Source of the DNA: Elusimicrobiota bacterium
GTDB lineage: Bacteria > Elusimicrobiota > Elusimicrobia > Elusimicrobiales > UBA9959
NCBI GenBank assembly: GCA_003482905.1
Contig: DMXM01000029.1
Location: 41,108 to 105,107 of the forward strand
Length of the DNA: 64,000 nucleotides
Direction of reading: 5' to 3'
The translations under genes and the position numbers were made by a program. Below are positions 45,015 through 55,643 of this stretch, piece after piece; positions within the stretch are counted from its first letter, which is position 1, and each line of letters begins with the position of its first letter. A model generated the notes under the pieces. It was not told the DNA's origin and ran no database searches. It saw only the letters and a program-made list of their open reading frames with translations.

Positions 45015-46172
45015 ATGAAATTATTGGAATACGAAGGCAAAGAAATTTTAGAGCGCTACGCCATTCCCATGCCCAAACGCCACGGGGTGCTGAAAATAGG
45101 CGACAGCGCGGAACACCTGAAGCTGGACGGCCCCGGCCCCTGGATAGTGAAAGCCCAGGTACTGGCGGGCGGCCGGGGCAAGGCCGGCGGCGTCAAGCTG
45201 GCGAAAACCCCGGCCGAGGCCAGGGAGACCGCCGTGAACATGCTGGGGATGAAGATAGTCACCCACCAGACGCAGGGCCGCGCCCTCACAGTGGAAGAAG
45301 TGCTGGTGGAGGACGCCTGCGCCATAGCCCGCGAGATCTACATTTCGGTGGTGCTGGACCGCAAGGCGGCCGGCGCGGCCATAATAGCCTCGGCCGAGGG
45401 CGGCATGAGCATAGAGGAGCTGGCCGCCAGCCATCCGGAAAAGATAATAAAGGTGCCGGTGGACATAGAGGCGGGGCTGCTGGATTACCAGGCGCGCCAG
45501 CTGGCCTTCGACCTGAAGATCCCCCGGGAAAATTTCTCCGGGTTCACGGCTTTCGCCAAACAGCTGGTGCGCGCTTTCACCGACATGGACGCAAGCCTGG
45601 TGGAGGTGAACCCGCTGATAATTTCGGAGGACGGGCGCCTGCTGGCCCTGGACGCCAAGATAGTCACCGACGACAACGCCCTGTTCCGCCACAAGGACCT
45701 GGCGGCCAAACCCGACCACGAGGCCTCCGACATAGAGATAGAGGCCAAGGCTATAGGGATAAATTATATAGGCCTGGACGGCGACATAGGCTGCATGGTA
45801 AACGGGGCCGGGCTTGCCATGGCCACGCTGGACACGGTGAAAATGGCCGGCGGGAACGCGGCCAACTTTCTGGACGTAGGCGGCGGCGCCACCGTGGACC
45901 AGATCACGTTGGCCTTCCAGATAATATTGAAAGACCCCAAAGTAAAGGCCGTGCTGGTCAATATTTTCGGCGGCATTATGAAATGCGACAATATAGCCGC
46001 GGGCGTGGTGGAAGCCTCTAAAAAAGTGAAAATAGGCGTGCCCCTCATTGTGCGCCTGGAGGGAACACGGGTGAAGGAAGGCAGGGAAATACTGGCCAAG
46101 TCCGGCATCAAAATAGAGCAGGCCGATTCCCTCTGGGAGGCCGCGCAGAAAGCCGTGGCGGCGGCCAGGTAA
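45015..46172 (+). CDS. sucC: Succinate--CoA ligase subunit beta
   Basis: KAQVLAGGRGKAGGV, EVNPL, NGAGLAMAT, NFLDVGGGA, NIFGGIMKC. Confidence 0.97.
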   Translation: MKLLEYEGKEILERYAIPMPKRHGVLKIGDSAEHLKLDGPGPWIVKAQVLAGGRGKAGGVKLAKTPAEARETAVNMLGMKIVTHQTQGRALTVEEVLVEDACAIAREIYISVVLDRKAAGAAIIASAEGGMSIEELAASHPEKIIKVPVDIEAGLLDYQARQLAFDLKIPRENFSGFTAFAKQLVRAFTDMDASLVEVNPLIISEDGRLLALDAKIVTDDNALFRHKDLAAKPDHEASDIEIEAKAIGINYIGLDGDIGCMVNGAGLAMATLDTVKMAGGNAANFLDVGGGATVDQITLAFQIILKDPKVKAVLVNIFGGIMKCDNIAAGVVEASKKVKIGVPLIVRLEGTRVKEGREILAKSGIKIEQADSLWEAAQKAVAAAR

Positions 46173-46175
46173 ATT

Positions 46176-47090
46176 ATGTCCATACTTTTAAACAAGAAGA
46201 CCAAGCTGATAGTGCACGGTTTTACCGGGGCGCAGGGGTCCTTCCACGCGCAGCAGTGCCTGGATTACGGTTCGAACATAGTCGGCGGAGTAACCCCGGG
46301 CAAGGGCGGCGCGCAGCACCTGGGGCTGCCGGTATTCAACACCGCCCGCGAAGCCGTGAAAGCCACCGGCGCCGACGCCTCGCTGATCTTTGTCCCGCCT
46401 CCCTACGCGGCGGATTCCATCCTTGAGGCGGCCGACGCCGGCATAAAGGTCATTATCTGCATTACCGAGGGCATCCCGGTGCTGGACATGGTGCGCGTGA
46501 AGAAACGCCTGGACGCCATGCGCGCGGCCGGCGCGGATATTACGCTGGTGGGCCCCAACTGCCCGGGCGTCATAACGCCCGGGGAATGCAAAGCCGGCAT
46601 CATGCCCGGCTACATACACAAGAAAGGCTGCGTGGGAGTGGTTTCGCGCTCCGGCACCCTTACCTACGAAGCCGTCTGGCAGGTGACCAGCCAGGGCCTT
46701 GGCCAATCCACCGTTATAGGCATAGGCGGAGACCCGGTGCAGGGCATGAACTTCGTGGACGCGCTGAAGCTTTTCCAGGCCGACAGCCAGACCGAAGCCG
46801 TCATTATGATAGGCGAGATAGGCGGCGCGGCCGAAGAGGACGCGGCCCTGTATATAAAAAAAGAGATGACAAAGCCCGTGTTCTGTTTTGTGGCCGGCAA
46901 AACCGCCCCCCCCGGCCGCCGCATGGGCCACGCCGGCGCCATAGTGGAGGGCGCCGCCGGCACCCACGCCTCCAAAGTGGAGGCGCTTAAAAAGGCCGGC
47001 GCCAAGGTGGTGGACAACCTTTCCGAAATAGGCGCGGCCGTGGCCGCGGGTTTAAAAACCAAAACAAAAACCAAAGCGGCCCGTAAATAG
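46176..47090 (+). CDS. sucD: Succinate--CoA ligase subunit alpha
   Basis: [35 protein letters not shown]. Confidence 0.97.
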   Translation: MSILLNKKTKLIVHGFTGAQGSFHAQQCLDYGSNIVGGVTPGKGGAQHLGLPVFNTAREAVKATGADASLIFVPPPYAADSILEAADAGIKVIICITEGIPVLDMVRVKKRLDAMRAAGADITLVGPNCPGVITPGECKAGIMPGYIHKKGCVGVVSRSGTLTYEAVWQVTSQGLGQSTVIGIGGDPVQGMNFVDALKLFQADSQTEAVIMIGEIGGAAEEDAALYIKKEMTKPVFCFVAGKTAPPGRRMGHAGAIVEGAAGTHASKVEALKKAGAKVVDNLSEIGAAVAAGLKTKTKTKAARK

Positions 47091-47132
47091 TAGAATTAAC
47101 GGGAACGATAAAAGACAGGATAGCGGCGACCG

Positions 47133-48059
47133 ATGATAAAGCGATATAAGATAAAAGACCACCATATAATGCCCGTAGAGGCGGAGACCCCCGATATCTG
47201 GGTGGTTGTGAACCCGACGGACGACGAAAAGAAATGGCTGGTGGAGAATTTCGCGCTGGACGAACACAACTTTGCCTCGGCTTTCGACCCCGAAGAGCCG
47301 GCCCGCATGGAGTTCGAACCGGACCATATGGCCCTGATCTTCAAGCGCCCCAAGAATTACTCCTCCAAAGACCATTTCATGTTCAAAGTGTCGTCCATGG
47401 GGCTGTTCCTTTTCAAGGACAAGCTGATCCTGGCCCTCTCGGAGGACATCAATATGTTCTCCGGCAAGTATTTCAAGCAGGTCAGCGGCATCCGCGAGGT
47501 TTTCCTCAAGCTCATTTTCAATTCCATCTTTCACTTCATGGAACATCTCAAGGTCATCAACATGATAGCCGAGGAGATAGAGACCAAGATCACCTACTCC
47601 ATGGAGAACCGCCACCTGCTCAACCTGTTCACCCTGGAGAAAAGCCTGGTGTATTACCTCAACGCCATAAACGCCAACTCCTATGTGATAGACCGCCTGA
47701 AGCACAACACCGACAAAATGGGCCTGACGCCTAAAAGCGTGGAGTTCCTCGACGACATCATCATCGAGAACAACCAGTGCTACCGGCAGGCCGAGATCTA
47801 TTCCAATATATTCTCCTCGCTGGTGGGCGCGCGCGCCTCCATTGTGGCCAACAACCTCAACATCCTCATGAAGAACCTCAACGCCATAGTCATAGCTGTG
47901 GCCGTCCCGAGCTTCTTCGCCGGGGTGGGCGGCATGTCCGAGCTCTACGCCATAACCGGGGTAAACAACCCGCGCCTGGCTTATCCGCTTTTCCTGGCCG
48001 CCATGCTGGCCGTAGGCGTGGCCACGTTCGTCCTGATAAAGCGCCTGGAAAAACACTAA
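47133..48059 (+). CDS. CorA-family divalent cation transporter
   Basis: LEKSLVYY, IIENNQC, NNLNILMKNL, two C-terminal hydrophobic helices with GGMSE (variant of GMN). Confidence 0.85.
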   Translation: MIKRYKIKDHHIMPVEAETPDIWVVVNPTDDEKKWLVENFALDEHNFASAFDPEEPARMEFEPDHMALIFKRPKNYSSKDHFMFKVSSMGLFLFKDKLILALSEDINMFSGKYFKQVSGIREVFLKLIFNSIFHFMEHLKVINMIAEEIETKITYSMENRHLLNLFTLEKSLVYYLNAINANSYVIDRLKHNTDKMGLTPKSVEFLDDIIIENNQCYRQAEIYSNIFSSLVGARASIVANNLNILMKNLNAIVIAVAVPSFFAGVGGMSELYAITGVNNPRLAYPLFLAAMLAVGVATFVLIKRLEKH

Positions 48060-48111
48060 CGTCCCGGTTCCGGTGAATAACGGTCCGTTCACCCCCTAAT
48101 ACCGCCACCCT

Positions 48112-49410
48112 ATGCCCAAACTATTCATTGTCTCGCTCGGCTGCCCCAAGAACCTTTCCGACGCGGAGGTGATGGCCGGCGAACTGACCGCCGCCGGCTG
48201 GCAGCTGACCCCCGACGAAGAGGGCGCCGACGCCGCCCTGATAAACACCTGCGCTTTCCTGTCGTCGGCGGTGGAGGAATCGGAAACGGAAATACGCCGA
48301 CTGCTGGCGCTTAAGGCGCGGGGCAAACTCTCCAAAGTGATGGTAACGGGCTGCCTGGTGGAGCGCGAAAAAGAAAAGCTGGCCGCCCGCTTCCCCGGCC
48401 TGGACGCCGTGGTGGGCATACACGCCCTGGCCAAGGCCGCCAAAGCCATAGAGCAGGGCCGCAACTACATACTGCCGGCCGGGCCGCTGGCCTCGCCGCT
48501 TTTAAAGACCCGCCTGACCGCCTCCCACAGCGCCTATCTTAAAATAGCCGACGGCTGCGACAACCGCTGCGCCTATTGCCTGATCCCGTCCATACGCGGC
48601 GCCTTCAGGTCGAAGCCGGTGGAAGAGCTGGCCGGGGAAGCGCGCAAACTGGCCGAGAGCGGCGCCGTGGAGATCTCATTGATAGCGCAGGACACCACCG
48701 CCTACGGCACCGACCTCTACGGCCGGCCCCGCCTGGCCTGGCTGCTCAATACCCTGCTGCAGATCAAGAGCGTGAAGTGGTGGCGCCTGATGTACGTTTA
48801 CCCTGAGCGCCTCCACAAAGAAGTGATAGAAGTGATGCGCGCCAACAAGAGCATAGTCCGCTACCTGGACATGCCGCTGCAACACGTCTCGGACAGGGTG
48901 CTCAAGCGCATGAACCGCGCCTCCTCGGAAAGATCCATAAAGACCAAGATAGCCGAACTGCGGCGCATAATGCCGGACATAGCCATCCGCACCAACTTCA
49001 TAGTGGGCTTTCCCGGCGAGACGCGGGAAGATTTCAGCAGGCTGCTGGGCTTCGTTAAAAAAGAGCGCTTTGAGAACCTTGGCGTTTTCAAATATTCAAA
49101 AGAAGCCGGCACTCCGGCCGCCGGTTTCCCGGGGCAGGTCCCCGAGGACGTAAAAGAGGAGCGGGCGGCGGCGCTCATAAGCGCCCAGAGCGCCGTGGTG
49201 GACGTCATCAACTCCGGGATCAAAGGAAAGGTCTTTGAAGTGCTGATGGATTCCCCGATTTCCGGGCGGACCTACCGCGACGCCCCGGAAATAGACGGGC
49301 GGGTGGAAGTGGAGACGCCGGCGGGCCGCAGGGCCCCCAAAGCCGGCGACCTTGTAAAGGTTAAGATCACGGCCGCCGCCGGGTATCTGCGCCGCGGCAC
49401 CGCGGTATAG
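48112..49410 (+). CDS. rimO: Ribosomal protein S12 methylthiotransferase
   Basis: SLGCPKN, INTCAF, YLKIADGCDNRCAYCLIP, GFPGET, APEIDG. Confidence 0.95.
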   Translation: MPKLFIVSLGCPKNLSDAEVMAGELTAAGWQLTPDEEGADAALINTCAFLSSAVEESETEIRRLLALKARGKLSKVMVTGCLVEREKEKLAARFPGLDAVVGIHALAKAAKAIEQGRNYILPAGPLASPLLKTRLTASHSAYLKIADGCDNRCAYCLIPSIRGAFRSKPVEELAGEARKLAESGAVEISLIAQDTTAYGTDLYGRPRLAWLLNTLLQIKSVKWWRLMYVYPERLHKEVIEVMRANKSIVRYLDMPLQHVSDRVLKRMNRASSERSIKTKIAELRRIMPDIAIRTNFIVGFPGETREDFSRLLGFVKKERFENLGVFKYSKEAGTPAAGFPGQVPEDVKEERAAALISAQSAVVDVINSGIKGKVFEVLMDSPISGRTYRDAPEIDGRVEVETPAGRRAPKAGDLVKVKITAAAGYLRRGTAV

Positions 49411-49567
49411 GGGCCTTTTTCATAAGTTTGCTTTTTACAGGACAAAATTGTTAGATTGGCAGTAGCGGGGGTTAGAAGCAATAGACAACAAGACCAAGCC
49501 CGCGCCGGGGACTCAGGCGCGGGGTTATATAATTATGTAAACCGCGCAGTGCGCGGTTTGAGTAATT

Positions 49568-50515
49568 TTGCGAACGGGGGGGTGGGTGGGGAAAATCAAG
49601 ATATTCGGCACATGGCGCGTATCCCGCGCGGGCATATTCGTACTATGCCTGCTGTTCCCGTTCATTCCGGCCTGCAATTCCGGCAAACCGGACAATTACA
49701 CCCCGGAATACTCCTCACAGCCGCCGGAACAGCGGCGGATATATATCTTCGGAGTACACCCGCTGTATAATCCGCAGCGCCTTAACGAGGTCTATGGCCC
49801 CATAATGGATTACCTGAACCGCCATATCTCAGGGGCGGTGTTCAAACTGGAAGCCTCCCGCTCGTATGATGAATTCGACAAAAAGCTCTATAACAGGAAT
49901 TTTCATTTTGCCCTGCCAAACCCATACCAGACCATAAATTCCCTGCGCCACGGCTATCATGTCTTCGGAAAAGTGGGCGAGGACACTGAATTCCGCGGCA
50001 TTATCCTGATAAGGAAAGACGCCGGCATTAACAAGGTGAAGGACCTGCGCGGCAAAACCATAAGTTTTCCGGCCCCCACCGCCCTGGCCGCCACTATGAT
50101 GCCTATCTATTTCCTGCATAACCGCGGTTTGGAAGCCGGGAAAGACTTCACCATTCTTTTTTCCGGCTCGCAGGAATCCTCCATAATGAACGTATATCTG
50201 CATAAAAGCGCGGCTGGCGGCACCTGGCCGCCGCCATGGGAGGCGTTTAAGGAACGCAGCCCTGAAATAGCGGCGGAACTGGACATAAAATGGGAAACCC
50301 CCCCGCTGATAAACCTCAGCCTGGTAGCCCGGGACGACGTGCCGGACAATCTAAGGCGGCAGGTTTCCGGACTTCTATTCTCATTACATAACAGCGAAGA
50401 AGGCCGGCGTCTCCTCTCGGCGCTGCCGCTTAAAAGATTTGAACCGGCCACGGACGCTACTTATTCTCCGGTTTTGGAATTTATAAAAAAATACAATAAG
50501 GCCATCCGGCAATAA
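49568..50515 (+). CDS. PhnD-like phosphate/phosphite/phosphonate substrate-binding lipoprotein
   Basis: Lipobox-like IPAC; NPYQ, DLRGKTISFP, SQESSI. Start uncertain. Confidence 0.8.
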   Translation: MRTGGWVGKIKIFGTWRVSRAGIFVLCLLFPFIPACNSGKPDNYTPEYSSQPPEQRRIYIFGVHPLYNPQRLNEVYGPIMDYLNRHISGAVFKLEASRSYDEFDKKLYNRNFHFALPNPYQTINSLRHGYHVFGKVGEDTEFRGIILIRKDAGINKVKDLRGKTISFPAPTALAATMMPIYFLHNRGLEAGKDFTILFSGSQESSIMNVYLHKSAAGGTWPPPWEAFKERSPEIAAELDIKWETPPLINLSLVARDDVPDNLRRQVSGLLFSLHNSEEGRRLLSALPLKRFEPATDATYSPVLEFIKKYNKAIRQ

Positions 50516-50522
50516 GCCCCTT

Positions 50523-52799
50523 ATGCGAATTCCCTCCATAAAACACGCTTTCTTCAAGGCCCTGTGGCCGGCCAGGGTGCGCAACCAGCTGGTCCTGGGC
50601 GTGGCGCTCGTTCATCTGATCCTCATGACCGTCTTCATTTTCGACCTGATAGAACGCCAGCGCATTTTTCTGTATGCGCAGGACCTGGAGAAGGCAAAAA
50701 GCCTTGCGGGAGCGCTGGCCGCCAACAGCACTTCATGGGTAATAGCCAACGACGTTGTCGGCCTGTCCGAGCTGGTGGGGCACATGCCCGGATACCATGT
50801 TTTGTGCCATGCCATGGTAGTAGACACGGAGGGCATGGTGCTGGCCCATACCGACCGCTCCCTTATAGGAATGTATCTAAAAGACGATCTGAGCCGTTCT
50901 TTCCTTAAAGCCGAGCCTAAAATCCATGTACTCCATGACAATCCGCATAACCTGGATGTCGCCTCACCCGTCCTGACCGATACGGGCGATTGCATAGGCT
51001 GGGTACTCCTCCTCCACAACCGGGAACATGTCGGAAAAAGCCTGAGGCACATATACCGCAACGGCATAATATACACCCTTCTGGCCATCCTGACCGGCTC
51101 GATATTCGCCATGCTGATAGGCGGCCGGCTGACTTCCGACCTCAACCGCCTGATAGCCTTCGCCGCCGACATCAAGAAGGGCAGCCACGGCCTGCGCCTG
51201 GACATTCCATCCGGTTACGAGGTGGGCAAACTCAGTGAGGGCTTCAACCAGATGCTGGACGCCATAGAGGCGCGCGGAAAGGAGAACGCGGACCTGCGCC
51301 ATATCCTCGACAACATGGCCGAGGGCTGCCTGATCATAGGCTTCGACTGGACCTACCATTATGTGAACGCCGCGGCCGCCGGCCAAAGATTCAAATCCAG
51401 GGAGGAACTGCTGGGCCGCGCAGTGACGGAGGTCTATCCCGGAATGGAAGAGAGCCGCATCTTCAAAGCCTACCGGCGCTGCATGCAGGAACGCATCCGG
51501 CTGCGTTTTGAAGCCGGACACACGTTCAAGGAAGGCCACCCGAGGTGGTACGAACTGAGCATCGAGCCGGTGACGGACGGGATATTTGTGCTTTTCCTGG
51601 ACATTACCGAGCGCAAACGGTCGGAAAAAGAGCTCGCCGAAAGCGAAAAGAAATACCGCAGGCTCATCGAGACCCTTAACGAAGGCATCTGGATGATAGA
51701 CGCCATGGCCCGCACCACCTACGTCAACCTGCGCATGGCGGAGATGCTGGGCCGTACCGTTGAGGAAATGATGGGGAAGGAGCTGTTCGACTTTATGGAT
51801 GAAAAAGGCGTGGAGATGGCCCGCCTGAACATCGAGCACAGAAAGAGCGGGATAAGGGAACAGCATGACTTTGAATTCATAAAGAAAGACGGAACACGCA
51901 TGTACGCCATTCTTGAGACAACCCCGATCACCGATGACGCCGGAAACTACGCCGGCGCCCTCGCCGCCGTGGCGGACATGACCGACCGGAAGGAAATGCA
52001 AAAAGACCTGGAGCTGGCGCGGACGCTGAACATACGCACCGAGGAATTAAAACAGGCGAACATCAAGCTCAAAGAGGTGGACCGGCTGAAGTCCATGTTC
52101 ATCGCCTCCATGAGCCACGAACTGCGCACCCCGTTGAACTCCATCATAGGGTTCTCCAGCATACTGCTCAAGGAATGGTGCGGCGCCATCAACGCGGAAC
52201 AGCAGGAGAACCTCTCCACTATACTGGCCGCCGGCAGGCACCTCCATATGCTCATAGACGAAGTGATCGACGTTTCCAAGATAGAGGCGGGGATACATGA
52301 GAACGTGGTGGAGAGTTTCGATATTTACGACCTGATCACCGAGGCGCTGGCGATCATTAAGAGCGAAAAAGGCGGCGGCGGTTTAAAATTCAGCGCCATA
52401 GCCGGCCATCAAATACTGCGCACGGACAGGCGCAGACTGTTCCAGTGCTTAATAAACCTGCTCAGCAACGCCGCCAAATTCACGTTAAAAGGCGAAGTCA
52501 CGATCAAGGCGGAGACCGTCAAGAACCCGGACGATCCGGCGGCGGCGGATATCGCGGAAATAACCGTGACCGACACCGGCATAGGAATAAAGGAGGAAGA
52601 CCTCCCCAGATTATTCTCCCCTTTTGTCCGCCTTACCTCGCCGCTGACGGACAAGACAAAGGGGAGCGGCCTGGGCCTGTATCTTGTCCGGAAGATCGCT
52701 GCGGAAATATTGAAGGGAGAAGTCTTTGTAGATAGCGTCCACGGAAAGGGCAGTTCTTTCGGGCTCAGAATACCCGTGCGCCTGGAGCAGGAGAAATAA
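50523..52799 (+). CDS. Membrane sensor histidine kinase (2 TM, HAMP, 2 PAS, HisKA, HATPase)
   Basis: FIASMSHELRTPLNSI, NLLSNAAKFT, DTGIGI, GSGLGL. Confidence 0.93.
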   Translation: MRIPSIKHAFFKALWPARVRNQLVLGVALVHLILMTVFIFDLIERQRIFLYAQDLEKAKSLAGALAANSTSWVIANDVVGLSELVGHMPGYHVLCHAMVVDTEGMVLAHTDRSLIGMYLKDDLSRSFLKAEPKIHVLHDNPHNLDVASPVLTDTGDCIGWVLLLHNREHVGKSLRHIYRNGIIYTLLAILTGSIFAMLIGGRLTSDLNRLIAFAADIKKGSHGLRLDIPSGYEVGKLSEGFNQMLDAIEARGKENADLRHILDNMAEGCLIIGFDWTYHYVNAAAAGQRFKSREELLGRAVTEVYPGMEESRIFKAYRRCMQERIRLRFEAGHTFKEGHPRWYELSIEPVTDGIFVLFLDITERKRSEKELAESEKKYRRLIETLNEGIWMIDAMARTTYVNLRMAEMLGRTVEEMMGKELFDFMDEKGVEMARLNIEHRKSGIREQHDFEFIKKDGTRMYAILETTPITDDAGNYAGALAAVADMTDRKEMQKDLELARTLNIRTEELKQANIKLKEVDRLKSMFIASMSHELRTPLNSIIGFSSILLKEWCGAINAEQQENLSTILAAGRHLHMLIDEVIDVSKIEAGIHENVVESFDIYDLITEALAIIKSEKGGGGLKFSAIAGHQILRTDRRRLFQCLINLLSNAAKFTLKGEVTIKAETVKNPDDPAAADIAEITVTDTGIGIKEEDLPRLFSPFVRLTSPLTDKTKGSGLGLYLVRKIAAEILKGEVFVDSVHGKGSSFGLRIPVRLEQEK

Positions 52800-52800
52800 T

Positions 52801-53172
52801 ATGGCAAAAGTACTGGTGGTAGAGGACAACGGCGACAATCTCCGCCTTATATCAAAGGTCCTTGAGCGGGGCGGCTATACCGTTGGCGCCGCGGTCAACG
52901 GGACGGACGGGGTGAATCTGGCCATGAAAGAAAAATTCTCTTTTATCGTCATGGATATCAATCTTCCGGACATGGACGGGCTTGAGGCGGCGAAGCGGAT
53001 CCGCGAAACCGGCATAGACAAGGACGTGCCGATAATCGCCATAACTTCCTACGCCATGCGCGGCGATATGGCGCGGATACTGGCAGCCGGCTGCAGCGGC
53101 TACTTCGAAAAGCCGATAGACCCGCTGAAGATACTCGCCGAAATACACAGGATCATTGGGGTGGAGAAATGA
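52801..53172 (+). CDS. Single-domain response regulator
   Basis: VLVVEDN, MDINLPDMDG, KPID. Confidence 0.93.
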   Translation: MAKVLVVEDNGDNLRLISKVLERGGYTVGAAVNGTDGVNLAMKEKFSFIVMDINLPDMDGLEAAKRIRETGIDKDVPIIAITSYAMRGDMARILAAGCSGYFEKPIDPLKILAEIHRIIGVEK

Positions 53173-55244
53173 AGATATTGATAGTGGAGGATGACCGCGA
53201 CGCCAGGAGATTCCTGCGTATCGTGGGTGAGAAAGGCTTTCACGATATCATAGAAGCCGAGAACGGGCTGGAAGGCCTGCGTCTGGCCACGGAGCACAAG
53301 CCGGACCTTATAATATCCGACGCCCTTATGCCCGTGATGGACGGCTTTTATTTCCTGCGCGAGATAAAGAAGCACGCGGCCCTGAAAGATATCCCCTTCA
53401 TATTCTATTCAGCGACCTACACGGAACAGGACGACATCCGCCTGGCCAGGTCCATGGGCGCTGATGACTACATAATAAAACCCAAAGAGCCGGAAGAACT
53501 TTGGGCCGAGATAGGGCGCGCGCTGGAAAAACGGAAGGCGGAAAAACACGTCAAGGCGGTTTTTTCCACCCCCGAGGAGGAGAACGAACATCTGCGGCGG
53601 CATACGCAGATAATAGCTCTTAAGCTGGAGCGGACCGTGGCCAAGCTCCAGGAGGCCCTGGCCGTTCAGGAACAAAGCGAGGAGGCCCTGCGCCTGAAAA
53701 CCGGCGAGCTGGAAAAGTTTTTCTCGGTGGCGCTGGACCTTCTGTGCATAACCGACGCGGAAGGCAATTTCAGGCCTCTGAACCCCGCCTGGGAACGCGC
53801 GCTGGGCTACACGCAGCTGGAACTCGCGGGAAGAAAGCTTTTTGAATTACTGCACCCGGATGATATCACCCCGACGCGGGAAACCCTGGCGGCCCCGGCC
53901 GCGCGCAGCAAAGCGGCTAACTTCGTAAACCGCTGCCGGTGCAAGGACGGGACATACCGCTGGCTGGAATGGTGTTTGGCTCCGGCCGGGAAACTTATAT
54001 ATGCAGCGGCCAGGGATATAACCCGGCAGCGCCAGGCCACGCAAGAGCGCGATATCCTTGAGGCCAAGCTGCGGCAGGCGCATAAAATGGAAGCCGTGGG
54101 CCGGCTGGCCGGCGGAGTGGCGCATGACTTCAACAACCTGCTGACGGCCATAGACGGCTACGCCAACCTGCTCATAAAGGCCCTGCCGGCCGGCGAAAAA
54201 TGCCGCTCCGACGCCGAAGAGATAAAGAAAGCCGCGGAGAGGGCGGCCTCCCTGACGCAGCAGCTTCTGGCCTTCAGCCGCAAGCAGGTACTGGCCCCGC
54301 GGGCCATCGGCCTTAACAAAACGCTGGGCGGCATAGAGAAAATGCTGCAGAGGCTGATCGGCGAGAACTTCACGCTGTCATTCTCACCGGACCCGCAACT
54401 CAAAAGCATCAAGGCCGATTCAAGCCAGATAGACCAGATAGTAATGAACCTCGTACTTAACGCCCGGGACGCCATGCCCGAGGGCGGAGATATAACCCTT
54501 GAAACGCATAACGTACGCGTAGACTCCAAAACAGAAGGGGCGCACGACGTCATGAGGCCCGGGGATTACGTCCAGCTTACGGTAACCGACTCCGGCTGCG
54601 GCATGAGCGCCGAGACGCAGCAGCATCTATTTGAGCCTTTCTTCACCACCAAGGCCCCGGGGAAAGGGACCGGGCTCGGCCTGGCCACCGTATACGGCAT
54701 AGTAATGCAGTCCGACGGACATATCTTTGTGTACAGCGAGGCCGGCATCGGGACCTCCGTGAAGATCTATTTCCCCGCTTCCACCCAGGAGGCCGGCGGG
54801 CACAGGGATATGCCGGGCTATCTGGCCGGATTGCGCGGGAGCGAGACCGTACTGGTGGCGGAGGACGAGAATATGGTGCGCGATGTAGTCTGCCGGACAT
54901 TGAGGGAAAACGGATATAAAACCATAGAGACGCGCGACGGGAAAGAGGCGGCCGATATTGCGGCGACTATGAGCGCCCCGATCCATGTAGCCATTATAGA
55001 CCTGGTCATGCCGAAGCTCGGCGGCAAAGGTCTGCATGAGCGCCTGCGGTCTATCCACCCGGAAACAAAGGTCATATATACTTCGGGCTACACGGACAAC
55101 TTCATGATCCGGCACATGGGGTTGTACCCCGATACGCCGTTCCTCCAAAAACCCATCTCCGAGATGGAACTTCTGGAAAAAGTACGGCAGGCCGCGGATT
55201 CAACAAAGAAATCCGTCGCCTCGGACGGCGATAAAAACATATAG
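53169..55244 (+). CDS. Hybrid histidine kinase (REC-PAS-HisKA-HATPase-REC)
   Basis: LAGGVAHDFNNLL, NARDAM, FEPFFTTK, GTGLGL; receiver domains at both ends. Confidence 0.93.
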   Translation: MKILIVEDDRDARRFLRIVGEKGFHDIIEAENGLEGLRLATEHKPDLIISDALMPVMDGFYFLREIKKHAALKDIPFIFYSATYTEQDDIRLARSMGADDYIIKPKEPEELWAEIGRALEKRKAEKHVKAVFSTPEEENEHLRRHTQIIALKLERTVAKLQEALAVQEQSEEALRLKTGELEKFFSVALDLLCITDAEGNFRPLNPAWERALGYTQLELAGRKLFELLHPDDITPTRETLAAPAARSKAANFVNRCRCKDGTYRWLEWCLAPAGKLIYAAARDITRQRQATQERDILEAKLRQAHKMEAVGRLAGGVAHDFNNLLTAIDGYANLLIKALPAGEKCRSDAEEIKKAAERAASLTQQLLAFSRKQVLAPRAIGLNKTLGGIEKMLQRLIGENFTLSFSPDPQLKSIKADSSQIDQIVMNLVLNARDAMPEGGDITLETHNVRVDSKTEGAHDVMRPGDYVQLTVTDSGCGMSAETQQHLFEPFFTTKAPGKGTGLGLATVYGIVMQSDGHIFVYSEAGIGTSVKIYFPASTQEAGGHRDMPGYLAGLRGSETVLVAEDENMVRDVVCRTLRENGYKTIETRDGKEAADIAATMSAPIHVAIIDLVMPKLGGKGLHERLRSIHPETKVIYTSGYTDNFMIRHMGLYPDTPFLQKPISEMELLEKVRQAADSTKKSVASDGDKNI

Positions 55245-55270
55245 GGAGACAAGTAACGGAAGGGCCAGGC

Positions 55271-55633
55271 TTAATAAAGCCCTTTTTTAACAAGCTCGTC
55301 GTCGCCCATGCCGAAATGATGGGCTATCTCGTGCATCAGCGTGTGGCGGATCCTGCCCTCCACCTCCCCCTCCTCCTCCTCCCGGCACAAGGCCTCGATG
55401 TTGCTCTTGAAAAGAGTTATTTTGTCCGGCATGGCTCCGCTGTAAGAAGCGCCCCGCTCCGACAGCGGCACTCCTTCGTAAAGGCCCAGCAGGCCGCGGC
55501 CGAACCTGGCGGTCTGCGCCTTAGAGGGCGCGGCCGCCACCGTAACGACGACGTTGTCGAGCCGTAAGCGGAATTCCCGCGGCAGCCTTCGGATGGCCTT
55601 GGCGGCCAGCTCCTCAAATTCTGAAATGGTCAT
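55271..55633 (-). CDS. Zinicin-like metallopeptidase family protein
   Basis: LLGLYEGVPL, PDKITLF, HEIAHHFG. Confidence 0.88.
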   Translation of the reverse strand: MTISEFEELAAKAIRRLPREFRLRLDNVVVTVAAAPSKAQTARFGRGLLGLYEGVPLSERGASYSGAMPDKITLFKSNIEALCREEEEGEVEGRIRHTLMHEIAHHFGMGDDELVKKGLY

Positions 55634-55643
55634 AGCCCCCCGG

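Noticed and set aside
47133-48059. CorA pseudogene or novel selectivity because GMN is replaced by GMS
   Set aside because: ORF is intact and, as I recall, GGMSE is a recurring subfamily variant; not enough to claim novelty.
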